A DNA stretch of 64,000 nt from NCBI GenBank assembly GCA_040377305.1, contig JBEIPA010000010.1, positions 32,001 through 96,000 on the forward strand, in the 5' to 3' direction. The position numbers were made by a program, and so were the translations under genes. The stretch's first letter is position 1. The number at the start of each line of letters is the position of its first letter. This document shows positions 38,342-49,512 of this stretch, one piece after another. The stretch comes from Flavobacteriales bacterium (GTDB taxonomy: Bacteria > Bacteroidota > Bacteroidia > Palsa-965). The notes below the pieces were generated by a model. The model did no database searches. It was not told the origin of the DNA and was given only the letters and a program-made list of their open reading frames with translations.

Positions 38342-38383
38342 AAGATGTGATTAGCTGCATGCAATTTACAACTCCCGTGCCAT

Positions 38384-39025
38384 TCACAGCTTCTTCTTGT
38401 CGGGATAGCGACAAATAGCAAACAGGCCGCATACTTCACATTTCGGATTACGTGCAAGACAAACATAACGTCCATGCAGAATAAGCCAATGATGTGCAGT
38501 TGCAATTCTGTTTTCCGGAATATGCTTCACGAGCTGCTGTTCGGTTTGCAGCGGATTCTTCGCGCCACGCGTTAATCCTAAGCGCGCACTCACACGAAAT
38601 ACATGCGTATCAACAGCCATCGCAGGTTTATCGTAAACTACAGATGCGATAACGTTCGCAGTTTTTCTGCCAACACCCGGAAGTTTTACGAGCTCATCAA
38701 TTTCAGATGGAACTACATTCTTAAAATCACTGACCAGCATCTTCGCCATACCCACAAGATGTTTCGCTTTGTTGTTGGGATATGAAATGCTCCTGATGTA
38801 CTGAAACACTTCGTCGGATGTTGCAGCTGCCAATGATTCTGCTTCCGGAAAACGTCTGAACAATTCCGGTGTTACCAGATTCACACGTTTGTCTGTACAC
38901 TGCGCAGATAAAATCACAGCAACCAGAAGCTCATACGGATTCGTGTACTGCAATTCCGTTTCAGCCACGGGCATGTTGGTCTCAAAGTAATTGACCACGT
39001 ATTCGAATCGTTCTTTGAGTTTCAT
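38384..39025 (-). CDS. nth: Endonuclease III
   Basis: LSAQCTDKRVN, HhH LPGVGRKTANV, AVDTHV, 4Fe-4S motif CLARNPKCEVCGLFAIC. Confidence 0.97.
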   Translation of the reverse strand: MKLKERFEYVVNYFETNMPVAETELQYTNPYELLVAVILSAQCTDKRVNLVTPELFRRFPEAESLAAATSDEVFQYIRSISYPNNKAKHLVGMAKMLVSDFKNVVPSEIDELVKLPGVGRKTANVIASVVYDKPAMAVDTHVFRVSARLGLTRGAKNPLQTEQQLVKHIPENRIATAHHWLILHGRYVCLARNPKCEVCGLFAICRYPDKKKL

Positions 39026-39029
39026 TTAC

Positions 39030-39152
39030 TTGTCACTTGAACATTGACCGTTGTGCGTTGAACATTTATCTAACAACATCAGTGCAAAGTAAAGGAACAA
39101 TGTTCAACGCACAATGCTTGTCCTGAGCTTGTCGAAGGGTTCAAGTGTCAAT
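39030..39152. repeat. Inverted heptamer array interrupted by a REP-like element
   Basis: TTGTCAC TTGAACA TTGACCG TTGTGCG TTGAACA ... TGTTCAA CGCACAA [TGTCCTGAGCTTGTCGAAGGG, 39119-39139] TTCAA GTGTCAA. Confidence 0.7.
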
Positions 39153-39165
39153 TAGGACAAACGAA

Positions 39166-39198
39166 AAAGTCCCGACGATCTGACGATGTCGGGACTTT
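39166..39198 (-). terminator. Terminator after the MORN-variant gene
   Basis: AAAGTCCCGAC...GTCGGGACTTT with an A-run on the left. Confidence 0.7.
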
Positions 39199-39251
39199 CT
39201 CTATTGTGTTCTGACGATCAATAGATCTCAGAACACGCTGTGCTGATGTGC

Positions 39252-39779
39252 TTAGTGATTTTCGGTGCCGATGCTGTTTCCTTGCGCATCGTAGAATTTC
39301 CACTGACCAGTTTTGTTTCCATTGCTGTCGAAGGAACCTTCGTAATTCAGTTGACCATTTTCGTGATAGCCTTTCCAAACGCCGGTATGCTGCATTTCAG
39401 TGTTGATGTGACCTTCTTCAGCTTTCTGCCCATTCTGATGATAGAATACTGCAGTACCTGTTGTAAAGTTCATCTCCGTAGAAAGAACTCCGCTGTTGGT
39501 CCACGTTTTCCAAACACCAGTGCGAACACCGCTCATGGTGTAATATTCTTCTGCAATGAGAACACCAGACTCGGTCCAGTATTTCCATACTCCAACTTTA
39601 GCAACACCTGCAAGCTTCGTTGCTTTGGTCTCTTTGCTGTCGTTAGCGTCCAGACCAGGATTGGTGTTGTACTGACCTTGAACTGTTGTATTGCCGTTAG
39701 TTGCTGTCTCCGTGTAATTGTACTGCGCGAATGCAGTTGCGGACAACATTAAAGCGAAGCCTAAGAAGAGGTTTTTCAT
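39252..39779 (-). CDS. Secreted MORN-variant repeat (YwqK-like) protein
   Basis: Likely start MKNLFLG at 39779; signal peptide; repeats G.WK.W..SG.L, GVWKGYHENGQL, GQWKFYD.QG. Confidence 0.85.
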   Translation of the reverse strand: MKNLFLGFALMLSATAFAQYNYTETATNGNTTVQGQYNTNPGLDANDSKETKATKLAGVAKVGVWKYWTESGVLIAEEYYTMSGVRTGVWKTWTNSGVLSTEMNFTTGTAVFYHQNGQKAEEGHINTEMQHTGVWKGYHENGQLNYEGSFDSNGNKTGQWKFYDAQGNSIGTENH

Positions 39780-39928
39780 ATTACGTGTTTGCTTAATAAC
39801 AAAACTAAGAAATTGTGACCTCAAAAGCAACAAGATTTGTGCCTGTTTTTCAACTGAATACAACGACATTGTTGCGAATCGGTCAGTCACGATGACCCGT
39901 GTTCAAGGTGCGTGCGTACCCGACAAAA

Positions 39929-39963
39929 AAAGGGTTCGATTGCCGCAGCAGACCGAACCCTTT
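39929..39963 (-). terminator. Terminator after the PKD protein gene
   Basis: AAAGGGTTCG...CGAACCCTTT preceded by an A-run. Confidence 0.7.
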
Positions 39964-39984
39964 CTCAAAACCAAAAACCAAAAA

Positions 39985-42900
39985 TTATCTGATCAGTGAA
40001 ACGTGACCGATGTACTTGTGTCGCTTATCGAACACGTCAGTAATTGCCACTTTCCACACGTATGTATCAATCTGGCAGAGATCGCCGCCTTTTCCTTGTA
40101 CAGTTCCATCCCAGGTCGTGTTGATATCGGTACAAGTAAAGATCAGGTTGCCCCAACGATCGAAGATCCACATTTCATACTTCGCAATGCCGATTCCGGT
40201 ACCAAAGAACACATCGTTGATTCCGTCACCATTCGGAGTGAATGCATTCGGAATGTAGAATGTAAACTCAGGTTGTACTTCGATCGTGAGTGTAGTGTCA
40301 TCAATACATCCATACACGTTCTCGACCTGCAGGTTAACCTGATAGAACGATCCGTACTCCTGCGTGTAATCGTAGAACGAGTGTTGAGTTGTTGCAGTGT
40401 CACCAAGTGTCGCACCGTCACCGAAATCCCAGAACCACGAAACAGGACTGCCTTGCGACTGATCTGTAAATTCAACGTGTGTTTGTGATACAGTAGTTAC
40501 CATCGGCGTTGCAGTGAAGATTGCAGTTGGCGTCGGATACACTTCAATCATATTCGGGAACACCTGCGTCTGTACACAACCCTGATTAGAAGTGGTAGTC
40601 AACGTTACTGTGTAAATTCCGGTAAGTGCATAACAGTGACTCGGGTTCTGCGTGAAGCTTTGCGGTGAACCATCACCGAAATCCCACGTCCAGCCTGTGA
40701 TCGATCCGCTTGCAATTGTAGTCTGATCCTGGAAGTTCACACACAGTACAGGACATCCTGCGAAATCATCAGCTGTGAAAAGAACTACAGGTTGCGGAGC
40801 AGTTACTGCCTGAAGTATAATCGTATCAAGACAACCATTCGAGTTCTGCACGACCAACGTTACGTTGTATGTAGAATCGTTAGTGTATGTATGCGTAGGG
40901 TTCTGCCCCACTCCAAACGGAGATCCGTCGCCGTAGTCCCAGCCCCATACAGTAAGGTTACCTGAACCAGCCACAGACATATCTGTGAATGTGGTCGGGC
41001 TTCCGATACAAACAGTATTCGCAGTGAAATTCGCCGTTGGATTTGCATTGACAGTTACGTTATTAGTCAACGTTGAAGTACATCCATTGTTTGATGTAAC
41101 TGTCATCGTAACTACATACGCACCTGCGAGCGGATAAGTAAACGTCGGGTTCTGCAGGTCAGAAGTATCTGCTGTTGATGCAGCAATACCGAAGTCCCAC
41201 GACCAGTTGGTAATGTTACCGCTCGAAATCACAGACTGATCAGTGAATGAAGTAACCGCGCCTTCGCATACCGTAGTTGAAATGAATGCTGGTGCAGGTC
41301 CCGGTGCTACGGTTACAATAACTTGCGCCGTATCGAAACAGTTCGATGTTGGTTCTGCCGTCAACGTTACAGTATAGGTGCCTGGATTCAGGTACGTATA
41401 CGTAGGATTCTGCAGCAAACTTGTATCTCCCAATGTCGAAGGATCACCGAAGTTCCAGAAATAGTTCGCAGAATTCTGTGAGTTGTTGGTGAACGCCATT
41501 GGTGTATTCGTACAAACCGTTGTTGCAGAGAATGCCGCCACCGGTGAAGGTCCAACGTTGATAATCTGTGTGGTTGTGTGCGGACATCCGAACGTTGAGT
41601 TCGTAACCAACGTAACCGTGTACTGACCTGACGTAGTGAACGTGTGCGATGGATTCAGCAACGTCGAGGTGTTGTTACCACCCGATGCAGGATCACCGAA
41701 ATTCCAGGCGTACGACGAAATAGTATCCGTTGAACCAATAGTTGATGTTGCCGTGAAATTCACCGTTTGTCCACCGCATATCTGGTTATAGATAAACGAT
41801 GAAGTCGGTACAGCATGTACAGTAACCGTTGTACTGAATGTTGACGGACATGGTGATGTACCTGCAGTTAATAATACCGTATATGTACCCGCATTCGGAT
41901 ATGTATACGTTGGGTTCTGCACGTTGCTCGAGTCATTCGTCACACTTGGATCACCGAAATGCCACGACCATGTAGACGGGTTGATTGTGGTATCCGTAAA
42001 TACCATAGGACTACCTACGCACACATCATTTTGCGTGAATCCTGCAAGTCCACCGTTGCCGGGGTTAACGACTGCCGAGGCGGAATCGCGGCAGCCACCC
42101 TGGGTGACGACGTATAGCCAGACTGTATAAGGTCCAGGTGGCGTGTACGTGTAACTCGGCGACGTGAGTATGGATGTGTCGCCTGGTATGGCGGGATCAC
42201 CGAAGTCCCAGAAATACGTCATGGTTCCGCTCGAGACCGTACTCGTATTATTAAAGGTGTAGTTTGGACTACAAGGCGGGAAGGTTGGATTGAATGAAGC
42301 AATTGGTTGCGGATACGCTCCGATGTTAACGTTCAGATACGTTGTACATCCAGTTACCGAGATCATCTCTACATAATAGTTACCGGGAGTATTGACGACT
42401 AATGAATCGGCTGTACCTAACGAGGAGGCTGGCGGAACACCGAGTGTCCAGTTATAACTCGATGCACCCGGAGGAGCATTAATGGTAACAGAATTACCTG
42501 CACACAGAGAATCGCTCAGCGCCAATGTGAACGGTAAGCAGGAGCAATCGACATACGCATAGCCATAGTGACCGGCATAAATACAACCGGCAACTGTAAA
42601 GCGAATAGTTACGTTCGCCGCGACGAAAGTACTCAGGTCAATATTGACAGTCGTCCAAGGTTTATAGAACGTACCAACTCCGCAAGGCTGGAAACCTGCA
42701 ATTGATCCACCCGCTTCAACATAATATTGAGAGCATGGAACAAGGTTACCCGACTGATCGAACATTTCAATTTTGAAATACGGTTGTTCACCAGCTGAGT
42801 GTCCACCATCGTTCAAGACTACTGCATACTGATAAGTAAATGAAGTGTTGCCCGGAGCAACTGTGAATGTCTGCTCAAGAATTTCTCCCTGATAATTTGC

Positions 42901-43491
42901 GGTTGTTCCACCAAGACGAACGGAGTAGTTACCACCCGGAGCAACCATCGGGAATAATCCGCAAGGATCATTACCGGAAGCCGCACTCACAATGGTGTGT
43001 CGTGCATTCATATCGCTGAGCAGTGCGTCCATCGTAGTGCTCTGAAATCCCGGAACGATATTCTGAAGCGGGCCTGATGAACTTAAAGTGTTATCACCAG
43101 TTGAACCAGTCCAACCTGTAAAGTTTCCTGTTTCAAAATCCATGTTCGTGCATGGAGCCTGAGGTGTTGGATTTTGTGGTCCGAGTCGCTGAGTGCTTTG
43201 ATTAGCGACTTGCTGCTGGCGTGACTGATAAGCGCCCGGATAATAAGTGCGCTTAATATGATTCACTTTCGCTTGCTCAACGAATTTTTCAATTTCGAAT
43301 GGAGTCAATCCTTTGTCTTGCGCGCGAGTGCGAACAAGTGCTTCATTGAATCCTGCAAGAGAATCATTTGCGTGGGTTACACCGTGCGCGTGATCGTGAC
43401 CTTGGTGTGCTTGTGCAATTACGTGAGAGTAATTACAAAGCAACAGACACAATACTAAAACGGTGGTTGCAAGTGTACAGTTATGTTTCAT
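39985..43491 (-). CDS. T9SS type-B cargo with eight PKD domains
   Basis: Eight W[DNH][FY]G PKD cores; N-terminal CTNMDFETG domain; CTD YIPNAFTPNGDGIND...IFDRWG...YVWKV...GHVSLIR. Confidence 0.92.
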   Translation of the reverse strand: MKHNCTLATTVLVLCLLLCNYSHVIAQAHQGHDHAHGVTHANDSLAGFNEALVRTRAQDKGLTPFEIEKFVEQAKVNHIKRTYYPGAYQSRQQQVANQSTQRLGPQNPTPQAPCTNMDFETGNFTGWTGSTGDNTLSSSGPLQNIVPGFQSTTMDALLSDMNARHTIVSAASGNDPCGLFPMVAPGGNYSVRLGGTTANYQGEILEQTFTVAPGNTSFTYQYAVVLNDGGHSAGEQPYFKIEMFDQSGNLVPCSQYYVEAGGSIAGFQPCGVGTFYKPWTTVNIDLSTFVAANVTIRFTVAGCIYAGHYGYAYVDCSCLPFTLALSDSLCAGNSVTINAPPGASSYNWTLGVPPASSLGTADSLVVNTPGNYYVEMISVTGCTTYLNVNIGAYPQPIASFNPTFPPCSPNYTFNNTSTVSSGTMTYFWDFGDPAIPGDTSILTSPSYTYTPPGPYTVWLYVVTQGGCRDSASAVVNPGNGGLAGFTQNDVCVGSPMVFTDTTINPSTWSWHFGDPSVTNDSSNVQNPTYTYPNAGTYTVLLTAGTSPCPSTFSTTVTVHAVPTSSFIYNQICGGQTVNFTATSTIGSTDTISSYAWNFGDPASGGNNTSTLLNPSHTFTTSGQYTVTLVTNSTFGCPHTTTQIINVGPSPVAAFSATTVCTNTPMAFTNNSQNSANYFWNFGDPSTLGDTSLLQNPTYTYLNPGTYTVTLTAEPTSNCFDTAQVIVTVAPGPAPAFISTTVCEGAVTSFTDQSVISSGNITNWSWDFGIAASTADTSDLQNPTFTYPLAGAYVVTMTVTSNNGCTSTLTNNVTVNANPTANFTANTVCIGSPTTFTDMSVAGSGNLTVWGWDYGDGSPFGVGQNPTHTYTNDSTYNVTLVVQNSNGCLDTIILQAVTAPQPVVLFTADDFAGCPVLCVNFQDQTTIASGSITGWTWDFGDGSPQSFTQNPSHCYALTGIYTVTLTTTSNQGCVQTQVFPNMIEVYPTPTAIFTATPMVTTVSQTHVEFTDQSQGSPVSWFWDFGDGATLGDTATTQHSFYDYTQEYGSFYQVNLQVENVYGCIDDTTLTIEVQPEFTFYIPNAFTPNGDGINDVFFGTGIGIAKYEMWIFDRWGNLIFTCTDINTTWDGTVQGKGGDLCQIDTYVWKVAITDVFDKRHKYIGHVSLIR

Positions 43492-43721
43492 GTTTTGCGG
43501 TTGAAAGTGATGGGGTCACTCACGTGCTATCGTGATTGCAATATACTTCAGTCTCAACACAAAACCAACAGGTGCATCGATTCGACGAAGCCTGACTTTT
43601 TATAGACAAAAAATATTTTGGGAATTTTATGGAATTCCAAATGTCGATAACCCAATGATTATCAGCCAATTGCAAAAAGTCTTAAAATTCTGATTTCCAG
43701 TCTTTTGTTGAAAAAAAGATA

Positions 43722-44603
43722 CTACCAATCGATATTTTTTCTCAACAAACCGAGGGTTCGGGCTTCAGCACTGTCAGGATTCGGTCTGAAGTCGTATTTC
43801 CAGGAGGCAACTTCGGGAAGACTCATGAGAATTGATTCAATTCTTCCGCCTGTATCGAGGCCAAATTTTGTTCCCTTGTCGTATACAAGATTGAATTCTA
43901 CATACCGTCCGCGACGAATCAACTGCCATTGTTTTTCATTTTCTCCGAATGGCAGCGCCTTACTCTTTTTCATCAACGCAGTATATGCAGGTGCGAATGT
44001 TTCACCGACTTCCATGACGAAAGAAAAAATTTCTTCCTTCGGTTTTTCGTTCAGGCGATCGAAGAAAATTCCACCGATGCCACGCGTTTCATTTCTGTGT
44101 GTGATGAAAAAATAATCGTCGGCCCACTTTTTGAATTTCGCGTAATACGATGAGTCGTGTTTATTGCAGGTGTTTCGGAGAGCTGCGTGAAAATATTTTG
44201 CGTCTTCGTCGTTGATGTAATGCGGTGTGAGATCAATTCCTCCACCAAACCACCATTCACCGTTTCCTAATTCGAAATAGCGAACGTTCATGTGAATGAT
44301 CGGAACCATTGGAGAATTCGGATGCATGACAATTGAAACTCCTGTTGCGAAGAAATTATTCTCGGAAACCTTTAGAGCACGAACTATGTTGTCGGGAAGT
44401 ATTCCGTGAACTGCGGAGAAATTCACTCCTGCCTTTTCGAGGACAGTTCCATGCTGAAGAACGCGTGTGATTCCACCTCCGCCTTCTGCTCTACTCCATT
44501 CTTCGCGCGCGAATGTCCCGGAACCATCTTCTGCTTCAACCGCCGCACATATTTTCTCCTGCAACGTTTGAAATGATGCAGCAATCGACTCTTTCGTAAT
44601 CAT
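43722..44603 (-). CDS. hemF: Oxygen-dependent coproporphyrinogen III oxidase
   Basis: GVSIVMHPNSPMVPIIHMNVRYF, WFGGGIDLTP, RGIGGIFFD, RRGRYVEFNLVYDKGTKFGL. Confidence 0.96.
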   Translation of the reverse strand: MITKESIAASFQTLQEKICAAVEAEDGSGTFAREEWSRAEGGGGITRVLQHGTVLEKAGVNFSAVHGILPDNIVRALKVSENNFFATGVSIVMHPNSPMVPIIHMNVRYFELGNGEWWFGGGIDLTPHYINDEDAKYFHAALRNTCNKHDSSYYAKFKKWADDYFFITHRNETRGIGGIFFDRLNEKPKEEIFSFVMEVGETFAPAYTALMKKSKALPFGENEKQWQLIRRGRYVEFNLVYDKGTKFGLDTGGRIESILMSLPEVASWKYDFRPNPDSAEARTLGLLRKNIDW

Positions 44604-44615
44604 AATCGGGAAAAA

Positions 44616-46307
44616 TTATTTCTTTGGCTTCGGATTCTCAAATCCAAACGGAACGAGCTCGTAATCGCTGAAGTGAACTATGCGTAGACCTACATTCTCG
44701 TATCCGCTTTCTGCATCAGAGCGAATGAAAGCGAACGACTGTTGAATTCCTTCACCTTTCTGCTCTGTGATGCCCGGCATAAAACCTGTTCCGGTAAAAC
44801 GCAATTGTTGCAGAAAGAACATGGTCACGTCATATCCTGCGAAAGAGAATGTTGTTGGGTCGCCGCCAAACACATTGCGATAACGCAGAACGAATTTCTT
44901 CGTTGGAATCGAATCGTAGTCCACGAAAAACGGTGATGCAAAATGGAAATGCAAGGCTTCGAGATATTCGAAATCAAGGTTGTCGTAATCGGTCCATGCC
45001 GGCATTCCGTAAACGGTAATCTGATACTTCTCTGCGAGTCCATACAGATTACGCACGAGATCTGTTACGAATGCCTGCGAGGTAGATGGAACCACCAGCA
45101 CGTTCATTCTGTCTTTCACCAGGCGTGCTTCAATGCCCGAGAAGCCTTGGTTAACTTTCACGGAATCTTTCCCTTGTGCAATTCGCAAGCGATTAATTTC
45201 ATCGCGGAATGAACTACATGTCTTTTGCTCTTTCAGCAATCCGCTGGTGATCATGATTACGTTATCATCCTTGCGTGCAGTTGCAACGTGCTGAGCGAGT
45301 TGTTCCATTTGCGTGCCGCTTGAAGGAACTGTTTTCACAGCCATTGGATTATTGAGCAACACTTTGTTCGCGGCCGAAACCGGAGAAACAATTCCAATGT
45401 TGTGCGCGTTTGCGAAGTCCGCAACATCTTCGAATGGTCCGGGAGAAAATGGTCCGATGATAAGATCCATTGTTGCGAATTCTGCTTTTGCAAGAATGCC
45501 GGCGGTTTTACCTGAGTCGAGATCATCTACATCGTAAGTCCACACGTTCACTTTCATGCCGGCACGACGCATGGAATCGATCGCTAGCAATGCACCTTCG
45601 TAAAACTCCACAGCCGCTTTTGGTCTAGCCGGAAATTCTGCTTTCGGATTTACATCGGGCACAATCAGGTCCGGATCGATGTTGTTTACATTCCACAGCT
45701 GAAACGGAGCCATGATTGCAATGTTGTACACTTCTTTGAGAATGGAAACAACAGTATCTCTTTTGCTTGTATCGGGGTTCGTAACGTTCGTAGTCACGAC
45801 TGCAGCCGCTTGGGGAATCTTCAGTTCTTGCCCAATCTTTAAACCAAATCTTGCATCGGGGTTTGCATCGTAAATCTGCAACTCGGTTACATTGTACTTT
45901 TTCGCAATGCTGTAAACCGTTTGCTGAGGCTCTACTTTGTGAATGATGAATTTCTTCCCAGTATCAGGCGGCGTAATAACGACTGTTGTGATAGATGCTT
46001 TCTTGTCGAATGGAATACGCAAGTTTTGGCCCGGCTTGATTCCGTTCATTGCATCCGGATTCTCCAGCAAAATATCGTTTACCGTGAGGTCGTACGCTCT
46101 TGCAATTGCGTATAAGGTCTGGCCCTTCTCTACCGTATGGATGTAGTACTTCTTTCCTTCAACGACTTCTGTCTTTTTGGATTTTTTAATTCCGTCCTGA
46201 GCAAAACCAGTTGCAGCCAGCAGTAGCAGCGGCAGTAAAAAAGCAACGCGTAACAAACGCAGCGTTACAGAAAATTTATATGACAGCAGTTTACTCACTA
46301 TTCCCAT
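44616..46307 (-). CDS. LysM x2 + periplasmic-binding-protein type 1 (LpoA-like) domain protein
   Basis: [16 protein letters not shown] and [16 protein letters not shown] LysM motifs; [26 protein letters not shown]1-like fold; start overlaps the guaA end. Confidence 0.85.
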   Translation of the reverse strand: MGIVSKLLSYKFSVTLRLLRVAFLLPLLLLAATGFAQDGIKKSKKTEVVEGKKYYIHTVEKGQTLYAIARAYDLTVNDILLENPDAMNGIKPGQNLRIPFDKKASITTVVITPPDTGKKFIIHKVEPQQTVYSIAKKYNVTELQIYDANPDARFGLKIGQELKIPQAAAVVTTNVTNPDTSKRDTVVSILKEVYNIAIMAPFQLWNVNNIDPDLIVPDVNPKAEFPARPKAAVEFYEGALLAIDSMRRAGMKVNVWTYDVDDLDSGKTAGILAKAEFATMDLIIGPFSPGPFEDVADFANAHNIGIVSPVSAANKVLLNNPMAVKTVPSSGTQMEQLAQHVATARKDDNVIMITSGLLKEQKTCSSFRDEINRLRIAQGKDSVKVNQGFSGIEARLVKDRMNVLVVPSTSQAFVTDLVRNLYGLAEKYQITVYGMPAWTDYDNLDFEYLEALHFHFASPFFVDYDSIPTKKFVLRYRNVFGGDPTTFSFAGYDVTMFFLQQLRFTGTGFMPGITEQKGEGIQQSFAFIRSDAESGYENVGLRIVHFSDYELVPFGFENPKPKK

Positions 46308-47830
46308 TCAATTGTTGCCGGTGGTTTCGAACTGATGTCGTAAACAACACGATTAATACCTTTCACTCTATTGATAATTTCACTCGACATCTTTCCGAGG
46401 AATTCGTGCGGCAAGTGACAAAAGTCTGCCGTCATTCCGTCTGTTGAAGTCACCGCGCGCAATGCGACACAGTTTTCATACGTGCGTTCATCGCCCATTA
46501 CACCCACGCTCTGCACAGGAAGAAGCATTACTCCAGCCTGCCAAACTTCGCGATATAAATTATGCTTTTTCAGACCCTCGATGAAGATATCATCTGCCTC
46601 TTGCAATATGCGTACCTTTTCTGCTGTCACCTCTCCTAAAATGCGGATTCCCAAGCCTGGACCCGGGAACGGGTGACGATGTAAGATACTGTGATCCAGA
46701 CCCAAAGCATCGCCAACACGACGAACTTCGTCTTTGAAAAGAAGTCGTAAAGGTTCAACAATCTGCAGCTTCATGTAGTCTGGAAGGCCTCCCACGTTAT
46801 GGTGCGACTTGATAGTTGCAGATGGTCCGCCTGTTGCAGAAACTGACTCAATCACATCCGGATAAATTGTTCCTTGTCCGAGCCACTTCACATCGGAAAG
46901 CAAATGCGATTCTTTGTCGAACACTTCGATAAACACGCGACCAATTGCTTTGCGTTTTGCTTCCGGATCTGTTACACCTGCAAGTGCAGCATAAAATTGC
47001 TCAGAGGCATTTACGCCTTTCACATTCAATCCCATGTGCTTGTAGGATTCCAACACTTTGGAGAATTCATCCTTGCGCAACAAACCGTTATCAACGAAAA
47101 TGCAATAGAGATTTTTCCCGATTGCTTTGTGTAACAACATGGCAGCAACTGAAGAATCTACTCCGCCGGATAAACCGAGAACAACATTGTCGTTGCCTAA
47201 TTTCTTTTTGAGGTCGGCAACCGTTTCTTCGACGAAGGAAGCCGGAGTCCAATCCATTTTGCAGCCACAAATGTTGGCCACGAAATTCTTCAGGAGTTTT
47301 GTGCCTTCCACAGAGTGATAAACTTCGGGGTGAAACTGAATACCCCAGGTTTTTTCACTGTCAATATGATATGCAGCAACTTTTACGTCGTGCGTACTGG
47401 CAACAATTTTGTAATTCGCAGGAATCGCAGTGATCGTGTCGGCATGCGACATCCATACCTCTGAATTCTTACTGAGTCCTTCGAAAAGTTCATCTGTGCT
47501 TTCTAATACATCGAGATGTGCGCGTCCGTACTCGCGGTGATTCGACTGCTTCACTTCGCCACCATACATCTGCGACATTAATTGTGCACCGTAACAAACG
47601 CCAAGCGTTGGAATTTTTCCTTTGAATGAAGACAGATCCGGTCGTGGTGAAGAAGCATCGCGTACAGAATATGGACTGCCGGAGAGAATTACGCCTTTGA
47701 TATTGGGTGTAATTTCCGGGCACTTGTTGTACGGATGAATTTCACAATAAACATTCAGCTCGCGAACCCTTCTTGCGATCAATTGTGTGTATTGCGAGCC
47801 AAAATCGAGGATCAGAATCATTTCATGCAT
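46298..47830 (-). CDS. guaA: GMP synthase (glutamine-hydrolysing)
   Basis: [49 protein letters not shown]. Confidence 0.98.
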   Translation of the reverse strand: MHEMILILDFGSQYTQLIARRVRELNVYCEIHPYNKCPEITPNIKGVILSGSPYSVRDASSPRPDLSSFKGKIPTLGVCYGAQLMSQMYGGEVKQSNHREYGRAHLDVLESTDELFEGLSKNSEVWMSHADTITAIPANYKIVASTHDVKVAAYHIDSEKTWGIQFHPEVYHSVEGTKLLKNFVANICGCKMDWTPASFVEETVADLKKKLGNDNVVLGLSGGVDSSVAAMLLHKAIGKNLYCIFVDNGLLRKDEFSKVLESYKHMGLNVKGVNASEQFYAALAGVTDPEAKRKAIGRVFIEVFDKESHLLSDVKWLGQGTIYPDVIESVSATGGPSATIKSHHNVGGLPDYMKLQIVEPLRLLFKDEVRRVGDALGLDHSILHRHPFPGPGLGIRILGEVTAEKVRILQEADDIFIEGLKKHNLYREVWQAGVMLLPVQSVGVMGDERTYENCVALRAVTSTDGMTADFCHLPHEFLGKMSSEIINRVKGINRVVYDISSKPPATIEWE

Positions 47831-47852
47831 GGGCGCAAAAGTACAAATTTAG

Positions 47853-47931
47853 GGCGGAGGGAGGAGAGTGGAGTTCGGAGGTAATTAACACGAATCTCAC
47901 AATGAAACTCCCTCCACTCTCCTCCCTCCCA
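47853..47931. repeat. Inverted heptamer array
   Basis: GGAGGGA GGAGAGT GGAGTTC GGAG ... CTCC ACTCTCC TCCCTCC. Confidence 0.7.
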
Positions 47932-47936
47932 GCTAA

Positions 47937-49436
47937 TTACTCTTCCGGAGCTGCAAACCACTTCCGGTACATCCATTTATATACTGTTTCTATGAGTACC
48001 AGAAGTATCAGAAACCCAAACAATTCCGAAAGCCAATAGTGCATGTTCATTGTGTCGCGGTAGTCCTGATAACTTTGATCGTAGCCACCATAATCATAGA
48101 TGTAATCGGCGTAATAGTCATCGTTTGCATAATACCAGACTACGCCGAGGAACGGAAGAAATGGTGTACAAACCACGGCCAGATTCAAGGCAATTCCGGT
48201 AAAAACAGAACGGACTTTCCAGTTTACTGTGCTGATTGCGAATACGAAGAAGAAGGCGAAATACACAAAAGCTGAAGCGAGAAAGCCATCTTCGCGCCAC
48301 TCGAAGAACGCGCCCAGGATGCCCGTGATAATTGCGAGTATAATTCCCGCCAGCACACTCAGGAAGAATGTTCGCCTGGTTGAGTGACGGAAGACAAACA
48401 GACACAGACCCAGAAACATTCCGATGTAATAGATCACATGATACGTGATGACGATTTCCTCCTCCTCCCAGCGATAATAACGTTCCAGGATATTCGATAA
48501 ACCGGAATTTACCTGACCGACTTTGTACCGTGATGAAATAACCGAATACGAATCGGTGTTGTAGTTCCAGTAGTAATCATCTTCGTTGTGCGGATCGCGA
48601 TACTTCTGAGACACTTCGTAAAATTTGCGCTCCAGCATCTGAATATCGTTCACGGAACCCGATTTGTAAACGCGGTTATAAATTTCAAAACTCGTGAGCG
48701 GTTTTACATCTTCGTCTGCATCCGCATCGTAGTGCGAAAGGAATGTAAGACCCGTTACCTGGAAACGAATGAGCTTGTCGGTGTTGAGCCACACCACACT
48801 GTCCTGCTCAGACAAAGTCCATTTCAGTTCTTCACGCGTCATGTAAACAGGACCTTTTGTATACGCGCCGAGTGAGTCATTCCACGTATACGAACCGTTA
48901 TTCGCAGCATACGGAACTCCGCCGGCACCTACGACATAGATTGTGTCAACTGTTACTTCCGCCGGATATTCTTCCTTCGTCAAGCGCGCGAGAAGGATGT
49001 TCATTTCATCCATGTCTTCTACTATCTGAGCAGGAGAATAGTGGATCATTGTTTTGTATGTTTCAACTACCGGCGGAATGAAAACGGTTCCGATCATCAG
49101 GATAATCGCAAGGAAGAACGAGAAGTACGTTTTGAGCCTGTCGCCGCCGTATGTAATTCCGTAGCTCTTGAATGTGTTGAAACGAACGAGATACACCACC
49201 CACAGAATAATGGCAACAATTACAAGCACTGATTGCGACGTAATCCAGTATCCGGTGAATGAAGTGCGCAGCGGGTTATCCGGAATTACAAAACACAGAA
49301 TGGACAATCCGATAGCGTACAACAAGGTGTAATAAATCACAAGATGCACACGTGTTGTCCATGTGTCGGGACGATTCTTTAGAAGATAATCGTCGAGTTT
49401 TGTGATGAAGCGCGGGGCTAAAGGTCTTTTCGGCAT
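47937..49436 (-). CDS. Polytopic membrane protein with large extracytoplasmic loop (possible ABC permease partner)
   Basis: Three N-terminal and about five C-terminal TM helices; lies directly downstream of the ABC ATPase gene. Confidence 0.75.
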   Translation of the reverse strand: MPKRPLAPRFITKLDDYLLKNRPDTWTTRVHLVIYYTLLYAIGLSILCFVIPDNPLRTSFTGYWITSQSVLVIVAIILWVVYLVRFNTFKSYGITYGGDRLKTYFSFFLAIILMIGTVFIPPVVETYKTMIHYSPAQIVEDMDEMNILLARLTKEEYPAEVTVDTIYVVGAGGVPYAANNGSYTWNDSLGAYTKGPVYMTREELKWTLSEQDSVVWLNTDKLIRFQVTGLTFLSHYDADADEDVKPLTSFEIYNRVYKSGSVNDIQMLERKFYEVSQKYRDPHNEDDYYWNYNTDSYSVISSRYKVGQVNSGLSNILERYYRWEEEEIVITYHVIYYIGMFLGLCLFVFRHSTRRTFFLSVLAGIILAIITGILGAFFEWREDGFLASAFVYFAFFFVFAISTVNWKVRSVFTGIALNLAVVCTPFLPFLGVVWYYANDDYYADYIYDYGGYDQSYQDYRDTMNMHYWLSELFGFLILLVLIETVYKWMYRKWFAAPEE

Positions 49437-49512
49437 ATTTCAGTAGGCAGTAGGCAGTTGTGCATTTGGCAGTAAACGTCCGGAAGGCGATCGGAAGTGC
49501 AATTGACGGTCA

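Noticed and set aside
39240-39752. 170-aa plus-strand ORF
   Set aside because: Antisense to the MORN-variant gene, with no recognisable motifs.
39252-39779. Toxin-antitoxin system implied by YwqK-like repeats
   Set aside because: No recognisable toxin domain is adjacent, and MORN-variant proteins are common secreted proteins in Bacteroidota.
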